This document shows positions 51,143 through 62,641 of a stretch of 62,921 nt of DNA, piece after piece (position 1 is the first letter of the stretch; every line of letters starts with the position of its first letter). The stretch lies in the NCBI GenBank assembly GCA_035650735.1, contig DASRGZ010000028.1:1-62921 (forward strand), in the 5' to 3' direction. The position numbers were made by a program, and so were the translations under genes. A model generated the notes under the pieces. The model was not told the DNA's origin. It was given only the letters and a program-made list of their open reading frames with translations, and did no database searches. This DNA comes from Chthonomonadaceae bacterium (GTDB taxonomy: Bacteria > Armatimonadota > Chthonomonadetes > Chthonomonadales > Chthonomonadaceae).

Positions 51143-51616
51143 ATGCTCAACGTAGGCGATATGGCCCCGGACTTCCGCCTGCCGGACCAGAACGGGCAGA
51201 CAGTCAGCCTCTCGGATCTGCGCGGAAAGACCGTCGTGCTCTATTTCTTCCCCAAAGCGGATACACCTGGATGAACAATGGAAGCGGTCGCGTTCCGCGA
51301 CGCTCTGGCTCAGTTCGAGTCAGCCGGCGCTGTCATCCTCGGAATCAGCCCCGACACCGTCGAAGCCGAAAAGAAATTTGCCGACAAGTTTAACCTGCCT
51401 TTCCGTCTGCTGGCCGATACCGATCACAGGGTCGCCGAAGCCTACGGCGTCTGGGGCGAGAAATCCCTGTATGGCCGGAAGTATATGGGCGTGGATCGCA
51501 CAACGTTCCTGATTGGCCCGGATGGCCGTATCCGCTCCATCTTCCGCAAGGTGAAAGTAGATGGTCATGCGGATGAGGTACTGACAGCCATGAGTGAGGC
51601 AGAAACTGCCCAATAA
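51143..51616 (+). CDS. bcp: Peroxiredoxin BCP/PrxQ, probable selenoprotein (U44)
   Basis: AAAGGAG RBS; MLNVGDMAPDFRLPDQNG..VSLSDLRGK.VVLYFFPKADTPG-TGA(51272-51274)-TMEAVAFRD continues in frame to 51616; the TGA occupies the peroxidatic Cys position. Confidence 0.9.
51283..51304 (+). promoter_or_regulatory. Candidate bacterial SECIS hairpin
   Basis: AGC-G-GTCGC-GTTCC-GCGAC-GCT stem-loop; the loop G lies 17 nt after the UGA. Confidence 0.65.
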
Positions 51617-51671
51617 AATGGGCGTGCTGTCGAACTCAGGGAGGTCCCTGGTAACTGAAGGCGGGAGGAGT

Positions 51672-52667
51672 ATGAGCAACAGCAGCCGGAACGCGCAAAA
51701 ACGGGCTTATGATGTCGCGACGTTCGGGGAGACAATGATACGTCTCAGCCCGCCGGGGTATGGGCGGCTGGAGGAGGCGGTCACGCTGGACGTGCGAATC
51801 GGCGGCAGCGAGTCGAACACGGCGGTGGCGCTGGCGCGGCTGGGATTGCGGTCGGCCTGGTGGAGCAAGCTGCCCGCCAATCCGCTCGGTCGGCGCATCG
51901 AGAACGAGATACGGCGCTGGGGCGTGGATACCTCCGGCGTCATCTGGGACACGAGGCCGACGGCGCGGGTGGGCACCTACTTCCTGGATTTCGGCGTGGC
52001 CCCACGCGGCATTGACGTCTACTATGACCGCGCCGCCTCCGCCGCCAGCACGCTCACCCCGGAGGAGGTAGACGCCGAACGAATCGCTCAGGCCAGGCTG
52101 CTGCACCTGACCGGCATCACCCCGGCCCTCAGTCCCTCCTGCGCGCAGTCGGTGGCGCGGGCGGTCGCCCTTGCCAGAGAGGCGGGAACAGCCGTCTCTT
52201 TCGACGTCAACTACCGGACCAAGCTCTGGACGCCGGAGGCGGCACGGCGAGAGATAGAGCCACTGCTATCCCAGATAGATGTGCTGCTCTGCCCGCTCTC
52301 CGATGCAGCGGCGGTTTTCAGCATGACGGGCGATGGCCCGGAGATGGCGCGGGAGTTCCGAAAGCGTTACGGCGTGGGCGCGGCGGTCGTCACCTGCGGC
52401 GGCGATGGCGCCGTAGCCTGCGATGATCGGGGCGATTGGGCCTGCGCGCCCTACCGGTTGGCGGAGGTCGTGGATCGGGTCGGCGCGGGCGACGCCTTCA
52501 GCGCGGGCGTCCTGATGGGCTACCTGCAGGGCGACCTCAAGCTGGGATTAGAGTATGGCACGGCGATGGCCGCGCTCAAGCACACCATGCCCGGTGACCT
52601 GCTGCTCTCCACCCGCGCTGAAATTGAAGCCGCACGCGCCGGCGGCTTCTCCGGCATTCGCCGCTAA
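51672..52667 (+). CDS. PfkB-family sugar kinase (KDG kinase-like)
   Basis: FGETMIRL, GGSESN.A..LARLG, YDRA.SAA, SFDVNYR..LW, DRVGAGDAF. Confidence 0.92.
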   Translation: MSNSSRNAQKRAYDVATFGETMIRLSPPGYGRLEEAVTLDVRIGGSESNTAVALARLGLRSAWWSKLPANPLGRRIENEIRRWGVDTSGVIWDTRPTARVGTYFLDFGVAPRGIDVYYDRAASAASTLTPEEVDAERIAQARLLHLTGITPALSPSCAQSVARAVALAREAGTAVSFDVNYRTKLWTPEAARREIEPLLSQIDVLLCPLSDAAAVFSMTGDGPEMAREFRKRYGVGAAVVTCGGDGAVACDDRGDWACAPYRLAEVVDRVGAGDAFSAGVLMGYLQGDLKLGLEYGTAMAALKHTMPGDLLLSTRAEIEAARAGGFSGIRR

Positions 52668-52716
52668 ACCTCACGCCACGATCCTATAGCCCCCAGGGTC
52701 CTTCCGTTTTGATAGC

Positions 52717-52865
52717 GGGCGAATAGATTCGCGGCAACCAAGGCACAAAACCCGCCTGCGCGGGTTCGTTTCTCCCCTCTCCTTGCGAAGGAGAAGGGTT
52801 GGGGGTGAGGTCTTTAGTCGCCGCAGGCCGACTTCGTGCTTTTGTTGCAGCGGCTTTAGCCGCCC
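52717..52865. repeat. Nested REP cluster between convergent genes
   Basis: Degenerate inverted arms (..GCAACCAAGGCACAAAACCCGCCTGCGCGGG / GTCGCCGCAGGCCGACTTCGTGCTTTTGTTGC..) enclose a CCCTCTCCTTGCGAAGGAGAAGGG..GGGGTGAGG palindrome (52774-52810). Confidence 0.65.
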
Positions 52866-52887
52866 GAAAGGAAGTCGCAACATCCCC

Positions 52888-53532
52888 TCAGGCCGTGGCA
52901 GGCTCCGTGCCCTCTTCTGCCGCTTCGACCTGCTCCGGCGCGATGGCCTCTTCCTCGGTCACGCGGGCCGCCAGGCTCGCCAGCGACACTACCGCCGTGT
53001 CTGTCGGGGTCAATATCTCATACTTATCCGACTTTGGCAGGTCGGAAACGTGTATCACATCCCCAATGCCAAGCTGCGAAACCTCTACCGTGATATGGTC
53101 GGGCAGGTTCTGCGGCAGACAGCGGATCTCTAACTGATCTACGCCCGGCTGCAGGACGGCGGTATGCAGCCTCACCGCCTCCGGCTCTCCGTGGAGCACG
53201 ATGGGAACGTGGGCCTTGATCATCTCGTTGCCTATCACGCTTCGAAACGCAACATGCTGAAGGCTGTGCGTGACCGGATGCCTCTGGATAGCGCTGAAGA
53301 GGACCGTCTGCCTCTGGCCGTCCGGTTCGAGCACCATTTCCAGCAGGGCGGCCTCGCCGTGCAGCCGGAGCTGTTCCTCCAGAGGCTTGGCCTCCGCCTG
53401 CAGGTGGAGCGTCTCCTGTCCTCTGTGCTGGATGGAGATAGGAATAAAACCGGATTTGCGTAAACGCTTCACTTCGCCCTTTGTACGGGCTTGTATCGGG
53501 CTGGCCTTAAATTGTACGGGTTGCGCGGGCAT
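52888..53532 (-). CDS. rplY: 50S ribosomal protein L25 / Ctc (long form)
   Basis: RLRKSGFIP, IQRHPV....HV.F, VPIVLHGE, CLP.NLPD.I.V.VS.L.IGD.IHVSDL; AGGAGG RBS before ATG 53532. Confidence 0.93.
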   Translation of the reverse strand: MPAQPVQFKASPIQARTKGEVKRLRKSGFIPISIQHRGQETLHLQAEAKPLEEQLRLHGEAALLEMVLEPDGQRQTVLFSAIQRHPVTHSLQHVAFRSVIGNEMIKAHVPIVLHGEPEAVRLHTAVLQPGVDQLEIRCLPQNLPDHITVEVSQLGIGDVIHVSDLPKSDKYEILTPTDTAVVSLASLAARVTEEEAIAPEQVEAAEEGTEPATA

Positions 53533-53864
53533 ATTTTTTCCTCCTGCATGAGAGTTAGGTAATCCCTCCCAACGGTGTTGACGTATCTCCTCAGCAGCAG
53601 GCTGCGTGAGATTGATCCACACGGCTGGGAGTGTCTACCGAGAGTTAGGAATACGCTGCTCTCCTCATTTGGCGCCGCAAACAAGCTTGCTCAATCAACT
53701 TGCAGAGAATTTCGGGTGGGATGATAGAGAGCGGCTGGGAGAGGGCGAAGGGACTTCTGCTCGCCTGGAAACGCACTCTGGCCATAGGACGGACGAGCGG
53801 AACGTCCGGTTCCGGGGATTCCAAAACGGAGAGGGGCAGTGGGAAAGAGGCTGACCCGGCTTCT

Positions 53865-53908
53865 CCCCGTCCCCTCTCCTTAGCAAGGAGAGGGGACGGG
53901 GGTGAGGT
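53865..53908. repeat. REP-like palindrome family C (17-bp perfect stem)
   Basis: CCCCGTCCCCTCTCCTT-AGC-AAGGAGAGGGGACGGGG followed by GTGAGG. Confidence 0.8.
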
Positions 53909-54062
53909 CTTCCAGGGTGAGGGCCAATTGGGTATGGAGAAATGGCCCGAGTCTGCCGAAAATTCAGGGACGAAGTGGATCGGCGTCCATCAACACAGGA
54001 GACCCTAAGCCGCATTCCCCCGCCCCTGTATGGACTCCAGCACTGTGCGAGGAGGGTTATTG

Positions 54063-54911
54063 ATGGTTACGGAGTATATCCAACACTTCGGCTTGACGGA
54101 AACCCCGTTTGCCCGCAACCATGATCCCAAATGGCTCTACCTGTCCACGCAGCATAAAGAGGCGGTGGTCAAGGCCAGGTGGACCATTCAGGAACATGGG
54201 GGCCTGGCGCTGATACGCGGCGACGTGGGGCAGGGCAAGTCGTTCTTGATCGAATACCTGATGACGGTCTGGCCGCATCAGTTCGGCTGGCACTGTGCCA
54301 AAATGCAGAATACCAGCACCATTACCTCGCCCCGGACTCTGCTTACCGAGGTGCTGATGGCCTTCGGCCTGGAGCCGGCGCCCACCACACGTGAGATGGT
54401 GACCCGCCTGGAGACCTGGCTGCTGGCCAAAGCCTACGAAGAGAAACAGACGATTGTGCTCTTCATTGACGAGGCCCAATCCATCGACTCGCGGGCGTTT
54501 CTGGTGCTGCGCGATCTGGTCAACCTGCAGACGCGCGAGCGCATTCTGCTCCAGATTGTGCTATCGGCGCAGTTGGGCATTGATCGCAAGCTCGCCTACT
54601 ATCCGGCGCTGCAGAGCCGCATTGCCTCGGTTTCGACGCTGGAACCGCTCTCCCTAGAAGAGACGGAGAAGATGCTCCTGCACCGATTCCAGCGCGCGGG
54701 CGCGGCCGACCCGTACGCGATCTGTTCTCCGGAAACCATGCAGGCTCTCTATCTGCACAGCGGCGGCGTGCCCCGCGATATTCTGGTGGTGACGGAGGCG
54801 GCGATGAAGGAAGCGTTCCTGCAGGACGGGCCGCACGTCTTGCCGGAGCACGTGGAGAAGGCCGTGCGCGACCTGGCCTGTCGGCGTCCGCGCCTGGCAA
54901 AGGCAGCCTGA
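54063..54911 (+). CDS. ExeA/GspA-like AAA ATPase
   Basis: Y..HFGL.E.PF...DP..LYLS..H.EA, GDVGQGKS, LFIDEAQ, L.SRI, SGGVPR.I. Confidence 0.9.
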   Translation: MVTEYIQHFGLTETPFARNHDPKWLYLSTQHKEAVVKARWTIQEHGGLALIRGDVGQGKSFLIEYLMTVWPHQFGWHCAKMQNTSTITSPRTLLTEVLMAFGLEPAPTTREMVTRLETWLLAKAYEEKQTIVLFIDEAQSIDSRAFLVLRDLVNLQTRERILLQIVLSAQLGIDRKLAYYPALQSRIASVSTLEPLSLEETEKMLLHRFQRAGAADPYAICSPETMQALYLHSGGVPRDILVVTEAAMKEAFLQDGPHVLPEHVEKAVRDLACRRPRLAKAA

Positions 54912-54912
54912 C

Positions 54913-55311
54913 ATGGCAGAGACACAGCAACCATTTGATGCGGGCGTGCGGCGCAAGCGGCTGGAGGAGCTGTTCGAGGATACGCCGTACCTATCGCCTA
55001 CCATGAAAGCGCGCAGCCTCCACGAGAAACTGGAGCGGGTCCAAGCGCCGCCTCAGGCCGCGCCCGATCTATTGGAGCAGGCCGGCGCTCCGAGCGCTCC
55101 TTCCTCAGGCGCTCCACTCCCATCCGGCGCCCCGACCGCGCCGCCCCGCGCCGAGGGAAAGATGGGCCTGGCCGAGGCCGCCGCTTATATCCGGGATGCC
55201 CACGACCCGCAACAGAAAGAGCCTGCCGGCGTGGAGCGCCTGCAGCGCTTCCGCGATCAGGTGCTGCGCAAGTGGCTTCCCGGCGCACCGCCCAAAGAGA
55301 AGAACGGCTGA
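54913..55311 (+). CDS. Hypothetical protein (Pro/Ala-rich centre)
   Basis: Starts 1 bp after the ExeA-like stop and ends 12 bp before the ParA gene. Confidence 0.7.
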   Translation: MAETQQPFDAGVRRKRLEELFEDTPYLSPTMKARSLHEKLERVQAPPQAAPDLLEQAGAPSAPSSGAPLPSGAPTAPPRAEGKMGLAEAAAYIRDAHDPQQKEPAGVERLQRFRDQVLRKWLPGAPPKEKNG

Positions 55312-55323
55312 GGGATACGGCCC

Positions 55324-56139
55324 ATGCGGATCTATGCGCTCGCCAGCCACAAAGGCGGCGTTGGTAAGACGACAACGGCGGCGAATCTGGGCGCGGCGCT
55401 GGCAGCGGCAGGCAAGCGCGTGCTGCTGCTGGATCTGGCGCCGCAGGCGAGCCTGACGGCAGCCCTGGAGCATACGCCCGCGCGCTTTGCCATCGGAGAT
55501 GTGCTGCGCGAGCCCGCGCGCATCCTGGAGGCTATCGGCCCCTGCGCCGACGGAATGCATCTTGTCCCGGCGACAGCCACCCTGGCCGTCGTCTTGCTGG
55601 AGCTGGCGCAGGCTGAGGATGCCGTCTTTCGGCTGTCCCGGGCGCTCCAACAGGTGCAGGATCGCTACGATTACGCCCTGATTGACTGCCCGCCTTCGCT
55701 CGGCTGCGCGCTGACCAACGCCCTGACTGCCGCCCACGTCGCGCTCGTGCCGCTGCAATGCGACTTCCTTTCGCTGCGCGGCCTGGTGGACATCCAGGAG
55801 ATCGCCGCCGCCATCCGGGAAGCGCTCAATCCGACGCTGCGCCTGCGCGTGGTCGGCACCATGTTCGACCGGCGCATCGCCCACGCCAATGACGTTCTGA
55901 ATGAGGTCAGCGCCGTGCTGCCGGGCCAGATCTACAAGACCCTCATCCCGCGCACGGTACGCCTGGCGGAGGCTCCGGCCACCGGACAGACGATCTTCGC
56001 CTATGCCCCCAAATCGCAGGCGGCGCACGCCTACCGCCAATTGGGACAGGACATTCTTCAGGAGAACTACGCCGATGAGACGACGCGACGACATCCGGGC
56101 CGCGATGCAGAGACTGCTTTCGCCTGCCGCGCGTCCTGA
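55324..56139 (+). CDS. ParA/Soj-family ATPase
   Basis: HKGGVGKTTTAANL, IDCPPSLG, NAL.AA..ALVP, TMFDRR, IPRTVRLAEAP..G. Confidence 0.93.
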   Translation: MRIYALASHKGGVGKTTTAANLGAALAAAGKRVLLLDLAPQASLTAALEHTPARFAIGDVLREPARILEAIGPCADGMHLVPATATLAVVLLELAQAEDAVFRLSRALQQVQDRYDYALIDCPPSLGCALTNALTAAHVALVPLQCDFLSLRGLVDIQEIAAAIREALNPTLRLRVVGTMFDRRIAHANDVLNEVSAVLPGQIYKTLIPRTVRLAEAPATGQTIFAYAPKSQAAHAYRQLGQDILQENYADETTRRHPGRDAETAFACRAS

Positions 56140-56371
56140 GTCCCTTGCCAGCGGAGACGGTCTGCAATCCACCCTCGGCGCGTCGGGGGATATGCCAGCG
56201 CTGGCGCTGTCCGAGGCGCCCCTGCGCATCCTCCAGGAGCTACAGTCCACGCTGCATGAGAACGGCATCGAGGCCGAGCCGGTCGAGATCGTTCAGGTGA
56301 TGATGGAAGCGCTCTCCGCGCGCCCTACCCTCTGTAGGGGCCTGCTTGCCGCCTACCTACTCGACGCCTGA
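56075..56371 (+). CDS. Small hypothetical protein, possible ParA partner
   Basis: AGGAG RBS before ATG 56075 (MRRRDDIRAAMQRLL..); overlaps the ParA 3' end. Confidence 0.6.
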   Translation: MRRRDDIRAAMQRLLSPAARPESLASGDGLQSTLGASGDMPALALSEAPLRILQELQSTLHENGIEAEPVEIVQVMMEALSARPTLCRGLLAAYLLDA

Positions 56372-56602
56372 GCTCCCCGCCTCTTCCCCAATTCCCCTTC
56401 CTTTTCCCTGACCATCCCTGAGCGCGGCAGGCGGAACCCTGCCGCTGCCTGCTCCTACCCTCTCTCCCCAAAAACCACTCATTCTCACCGAGATAGTAGA
56501 TCCGGCAAACGTGGAATAGTCTCCTTGCCGGTTGGAAAATCCGCCAGGAAGCGGTACGCCAGCACAGCAACATACCAGCAAATCGGAGTGACTTAGACCG
56601 GG

Positions 56603-58324
<1,722 letters not shown>

Positions 58325-58446
58325 GTCAAGAGGTTATAGATGATATTGGGCCTCTTGGCCCAAGCGGATATCCGGATGCCGCCATATCCCCTTGCCGGAA
58401 GGCAGGGGCCTGGCGACAGGGAATCGCTAAGGAGGGCACACGGACT

Positions 58447-59670
58447 ATGCCAACTTTCCAATATACCGCCCGGGATCGCGCCGGCCAACAAAGTGATGGC
58501 GTCATCGCCGCCCGGGACCTCTCCGAAGCCCGCGAGATACTGCGTAAAAAGGAGCTGTTCCTGACCCAGATCCGGGAGCAGGCCGCACGCGGGCAGAGCG
58601 GCGCCCAGGGGGGATTGCTGCGCCGAAAGCGCGGGGTCAAGCTGCGGGACATGGTCATCATGAGCCGACAGTTGGCGACCCTGGTGCGGGCCGGTATCTC
58701 GATTGTGGAGTGCCTGCAGGCGGTGTCCGCCCAGACTCAGAACCCGGCCCTGGTGGAGACGATCAACGATGTCCGACTGGAGGTACTGACCGGCAGCACG
58801 CTCACGGACGCGATGCGCAAGCATCCCAAGGTCTTTAGTGAAACCTATATCTCGCTGGCGCAGGCCGGCGAGGTGGGCGGCGTCCTGGAACAGACCCTGG
58901 AACTGGCCGCCGATCAGTTTGATAAAGAGGCCCAACTGCGCGCTAAGGTCAAGTCGGCCTTCGTCTATCCGGCTATCGTCATGGGGACGGCGGTGTTCGT
59001 GGTCATCTTCATGCTGATCTTCGTTGTGCCGGTCTTCGCCAACGTCTACCGCCAGTTCAACGCCAAGCTGCCGGCGGTCACGATGATGCTGGTCTCGTTA
59101 AGCTACATCATCCTGCACTACTGGTGGATGGTGCTGCTGGGGCTGGCAGGGCTGATCTATGCCCTGCGGCGCTACATCCAGACGCCCACGGGACGCACAC
59201 AGTACGACCGTCTGAAGCTCAAGATTCCGCTGCTTGGCGACCTCAATCGCAAGATCGCCGTCTCGCGCTTTACGCAGACGTTTTCTGGAGCGGTACGCTC
59301 CGGCGTGCCGATCCTGCGGGGCCTGGCTATCGCGGGACAGACCTGCGGCAACGTGATCATCATGGAGGCGGTCAAGAAGGTGGCGGGCTTCGTCAAAGAG
59401 GGCGCGACGCTCTCCCTGCCCCTTGAGCAGACGGGCGAGTTTCCGGCGATGGTCACGCGCATGATCGCGGCGGGGGAGCACTCCGGCAACCTGGATACGA
59501 TGCTGGAGGAGATCACCCGCTTCTACAATCGTGACATTGAGTACACTGTGGAGAACCTGACCAAGCTGATGGAGCCGGCCATGACGGTGATCGTCGGGGG
59601 CCTGGTGCTGTTTATCCTGCTGGCGCTGTATATGCCCATTTTCAACCTGGGCAATGTCATCAAGAAATAG
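58447..59670 (+). CDS. pilC: PilC/GspF-family inner-membrane platform protein
   Basis: MPTFQY.ARD, RQLATL..AG, AGE.GG.L, SAFVYP, GE.SGNLD.ML, EP....GG..LALYMPIF. Confidence 0.93.
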   Translation: MPTFQYTARDRAGQQSDGVIAARDLSEAREILRKKELFLTQIREQAARGQSGAQGGLLRRKRGVKLRDMVIMSRQLATLVRAGISIVECLQAVSAQTQNPALVETINDVRLEVLTGSTLTDAMRKHPKVFSETYISLAQAGEVGGVLEQTLELAADQFDKEAQLRAKVKSAFVYPAIVMGTAVFVVIFMLIFVVPVFANVYRQFNAKLPAVTMMLVSLSYIILHYWWMVLLGLAGLIYALRRYIQTPTGRTQYDRLKLKIPLLGDLNRKIAVSRFTQTFSGAVRSGVPILRGLAIAGQTCGNVIIMEAVKKVAGFVKEGATLSLPLEQTGEFPAMVTRMIAAGEHSGNLDTMLEEITRFYNRDIEYTVENLTKLMEPAMTVIVGGLVLFILLALYMPIFNLGNVIKK

Positions 59671-59685
59671 CCTTTACCCCAGCAG

Positions 59686-59788
59686 ACCTCACCCCCGCCC
59701 CTCTCCTTGCGAAGGAGAGGGGAGAGGAAAGCGTTGGCTTCTCGGTTCCCCCTCTCTTTGTTAAGGAGAGGGGGTTAGGGGGTGAGGT
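59686..59788. repeat. REP doublet family C inside the pilus operon
   Basis: ACCTCACCCCCGCCCCTCTCCTTGCGAAGGAGAGGGG ... CCCCCTCTCTTTGTTAAGGAGAGGGGGTTAGGGGGTGAGGT. Confidence 0.8.
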
Positions 59789-59807
59789 ATCTACGAAAGA
59801 GCAACCG

Positions 59808-60215
59808 ATGCGGAAGAGAGACCAGTTCAAATGGCGGCGTGGATGGACGCTTGCGGAAGTGCTTACCGTCGTCCTGATCGTCATCGTCCTGATGGCGATA
59901 GCCATGCCGGCCTTCCAGAACGGCATGAGCGCGTCCAGGCAGAGCGCCTGCCGCGCCAACATGCAGGCCCTTGCCAACGCCGAAGAGCAGTATCGGCGCC
60001 AGAGCGCCACGCACGCCTATACGACCCAGGTGAGCGCGCTGAGCAAAGAGGCGGCGGGCGTGCCAGTATGCCCGGACGGCGGCACCTACACTATTACTAT
60101 CTCGAACGGCACGGCCACCGCGCAGAACGGGCAGACCGTTCCGCAGGGCGGCCTGGTGATCTCGTGCAGCATCGGCAGTCATGGTAAATTTGCGCCCGGC
60201 ATAGATACCCCCTGA
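59808..60215 (+). CDS. Type IV pilin / ComGC-like pilin
   Basis: RRG/WTLAEVL plus hydrophobic helix; C.ANM, CP.GG.Y, C..H. Confidence 0.85.
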   Translation: MRKRDQFKWRRGWTLAEVLTVVLIVIVLMAIAMPAFQNGMSASRQSACRANMQALANAEEQYRRQSATHAYTTQVSALSKEAAGVPVCPDGGTYTITISNGTATAQNGQTVPQGGLVISCSIGSHGKFAPGIDTP

Positions 60216-60302
60216 GCGCGGTTCGGGCGGACAGGGAGGGGAAGCGGCGGCCCTTGCTGCAAGGGCGGGCCGCTCTTGCGCACAGAGAAAGGAATCGATA
60301 AC

Positions 60303-61535
60303 GTGCGACACCTAGATCGTCAGATACGGCGCCAGCGCGGAGGCGTCCTGATCAGCGCGCTGGCGTTCATGGTCGTCATCTCGCTGCTGCTGGCCGGCAT
60401 CGGGACGCTGTGCGTCTCCTACTATGGCCGCGCCCGGACCGATAGCGACTACGCGGCGGCGCTGAGTCTGGCCGAGGCGGGCGTCAACTTCGAGTTCCGT
60501 AAAATCTCTCTCGACGAAACCACCGCCGATCAGGCCGGAGCCTCCAACCCGCCCGGCGTGCTCTACAACTTCGGCGGCGGCACCTTCCGCGTCTACTGCG
60601 CCAACCGCGACGGCAGCACGCCCTGGAAGCCGCCCAGCAACCTCTACGTGATCGCGACCGGCACCCTCAACGGCGCCACCCGCACCATCCAGGTTTCCGC
60701 CAAAGGCTACGCGCCGCCCGGTAACTACGCCATCTACACCCTGAACAGCATTAGCGTCTGGCACGGCTCCGCTGTGGTGGTCGTCGGTGACGTGGGCACC
60801 AACGGCCAGCTTGACTTCACCGGGCATCCCGGTATCCAGGGCAGCATCTACTTCAACGGACCGAGCGCCGGCTGGTACGGCGGCCTGGACCCCGGCGGCT
60901 ATACGGAGCTGCGCGAGCCCCGTCCGATTCAGTGGGAGACTGTGGACCAGAAGGCGCTGGATCTGTTCCCGGCGAGCACCTATCCGCCGGGCGGAATGGC
61001 CTACCTCGCCACAAATAACGACAACGCCAGAGCCACCCCGCCTATCGTGGGCAACTCAATCACAAACTCGGTCACGCTGCACGGGCCGGGCAACTACTAT
61101 GTGACCAATATCAACCTGGCAGGCAACAAGACTATCGATCTGGACAACACGGGCGGGCCGATCAACCTGTGGGTCGGGCCGAGCGGGGGCACGGGCACCT
61201 GCCGCTTCCGGGGCGGCACGGCGGCCCTGACGGCCTCGCAGAACCCCAGCAACGTCTGTCATATCTACGTGGCCACCAAGAGCGGCATTGACCTGGCGGG
61301 CAACCAGCGGATTGATGCGGCCATTTACGCCTACAACAAGGACTCGCTCGGCAACGAGTACGGCTACGTGGTCAACAGCGGCAACCCCACCATCAACGGC
61401 CAGATTCTAGCGAACCAGGTGGATATCAACGGCAACATCACGGTCAACTACGTCCCGGACCTGATCAAGCCCACCAGCTTTGGCTATTACGGCTTCGATA
61501 ACTCCTGGGTCGAGATCAACGGAGTGAACCAATGA
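60303..61535 (+). CDS. PilX/GspK-like minor pilin
   Basis: QRG/GVLISAL without E5; A..LAEAGV; beta-rich C-terminus. Confidence 0.8.
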   Translation: MRHLDRQIRRQRGGVLISALAFMVVISLLLAGIGTLCVSYYGRARTDSDYAAALSLAEAGVNFEFRKISLDETTADQAGASNPPGVLYNFGGGTFRVYCANRDGSTPWKPPSNLYVIATGTLNGATRTIQVSAKGYAPPGNYAIYTLNSISVWHGSAVVVVGDVGTNGQLDFTGHPGIQGSIYFNGPSAGWYGGLDPGGYTELREPRPIQWETVDQKALDLFPASTYPPGGMAYLATNNDNARATPPIVGNSITNSVTLHGPGNYYVTNINLAGNKTIDLDNTGGPINLWVGPSGGTGTCRFRGGTAALTASQNPSNVCHIYVATKSGIDLAGNQRIDAAIYAYNKDSLGNEYGYVVNSGNPTINGQILANQVDINGNITVNYVPDLIKPTSFGYYGFDNSWVEINGVNQ

Positions 61536-61981
61536 GCGCAAGGAGACGCCGCGGCGTGACGTTCCTGGAAGTTCTGATCGCCGCCCTCATCGTCGGCACC
61601 TGCATCGCCTCGGTGGTCAGCCTGTTCGATTTCTCCTTCCGGCTGACGCTGGATTCCTACGATCAGGATGTGGCCTATACGCTGGCCCGCAACGCCCTCG
61701 AGACGATTAAAGAGACCGGGTTTTACTACACGGCGGAAGCGCCGACGACGTCCCCGGTCGTGCATTACTATGACCGCAACCAGGCCAACCAGGATAGCAG
61801 GCCGTCGGCGGCGCGCTATAAGGTGGCAATCACCGTCGTCAGCGACCGGATAGTGGCCGGGTCGAATCCCATCAAGCCTGCCGAAGACGCGCTGCGCACG
61901 GTGACGGTAACGGTGACGCTGCTTCCCGGCAGCCAGGTGCTCTATCAGGGAAGCACGTACCTTGTGAGGGCCGGCATATGA
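61532..61981 (+). CDS. PilV/GspI-like minor pilin
   Basis: RRG/VTFLEVLIA; A..LA...LE; LRTVTVTV; ATGA overlap. Confidence 0.82.
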   Translation: MSARRRRGVTFLEVLIAALIVGTCIASVVSLFDFSFRLTLDSYDQDVAYTLARNALETIKETGFYYTAEAPTTSPVVHYYDRNQANQDSRPSAARYKVAITVVSDRIVAGSNPIKPAEDALRTVTVTVTLLPGSQVLYQGSTYLVRAGI

Positions 61982-62589
61982 GCCAGAGAGTCGGGCGCCA
62001 TGGCGCCACCCTGATGGAAACGTTGGTTGCGGGATTGATCGCGCTGATCGTTGGGGGCGGGATGGCTGCACTGGTACAGACCACGCTGACCTCGCGCGGG
62101 GCCATCGCCGGGCAGAACAACGCCTACGCGGGCGCGCGCAAGGCGATGGATACGCTGCTGGATAACCTGCGCTCCGCCCAGCCCATGCTGATACAGTCCA
62201 ACCCGGCGCTCTATTCTGCCCTTGCGGCAGCCGGGGCGTCGTCGGTGACCTGCTACACCAGCAGCACGGGAGACACCCTCCGGCTCTGGCTGGACACGAC
62301 GACCAACCCGGCGGCGCTCAAAGAGACGCGCACAGTCAACGGCTCCGCGACGACAACCACTGTGCTCACAGGCGTGCAGTCGTTGCAGTTGACCTACTAC
62401 GTTGTCGCCGGCTCGGCCTATACCGCCGCGTCCGCTTCCTGGACCACGACGGCCAGCCCGAGCGCGCCCACGTCGGTGGAGCGGCCCAACATCGGCGCCA
62501 TCAGCGTAGCAATTACGGTGAACATCAACGGCTATAGCCGCACACTCACCAGCTTTGTCCGGCTGCGCGGCAGCCCTTATAAGGGGTAA
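61978..62589 (+). CDS. PilW/GspJ-like minor pilin
   Basis: RHG/ATLMETLVA; LRSA; VLTGV.SL.L.YY; RTLTS.VRLR; ATGA overlap. Confidence 0.82.
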   Translation: MSQRVGRHGATLMETLVAGLIALIVGGGMAALVQTTLTSRGAIAGQNNAYAGARKAMDTLLDNLRSAQPMLIQSNPALYSALAAAGASSVTCYTSSTGDTLRLWLDTTTNPAALKETRTVNGSATTTTVLTGVQSLQLTYYVVAGSAYTAASASWTTTASPSAPTSVERPNIGAISVAITVNINGYSRTLTSFVRLRGSPYKG

Positions 62590-62605
62590 CCTAACCCCCC
62601 GTGCA

Positions 62606-62641
62606 GGGAGTAGGGTGTAGGGTCGCCCTCACCCCTATCCC
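62606..62641 (+). terminator. Imperfect hairpin after the pilin operon
   Basis: GGGAGTAGGGTGTAGGG-TCG-CCCTCACCCCTATCCC; no U-tract. Confidence 0.3.

Noticed and set aside
51272..51274. bcp as a nonsense pseudogene
   Set aside because: The stop is TGA precisely at the catalytic Cys, both halves are otherwise intact, and a SECIS-like hairpin follows; selenocysteine is the better explanation pending a sel gene check.
56495..56600. c-di-GMP-I riboswitch upstream of pilB (GGCAAAC seed)
   Set aside because: Lacks the following GNRA-capped stem and GCAAAGC/receptor elements; only the seed matches.
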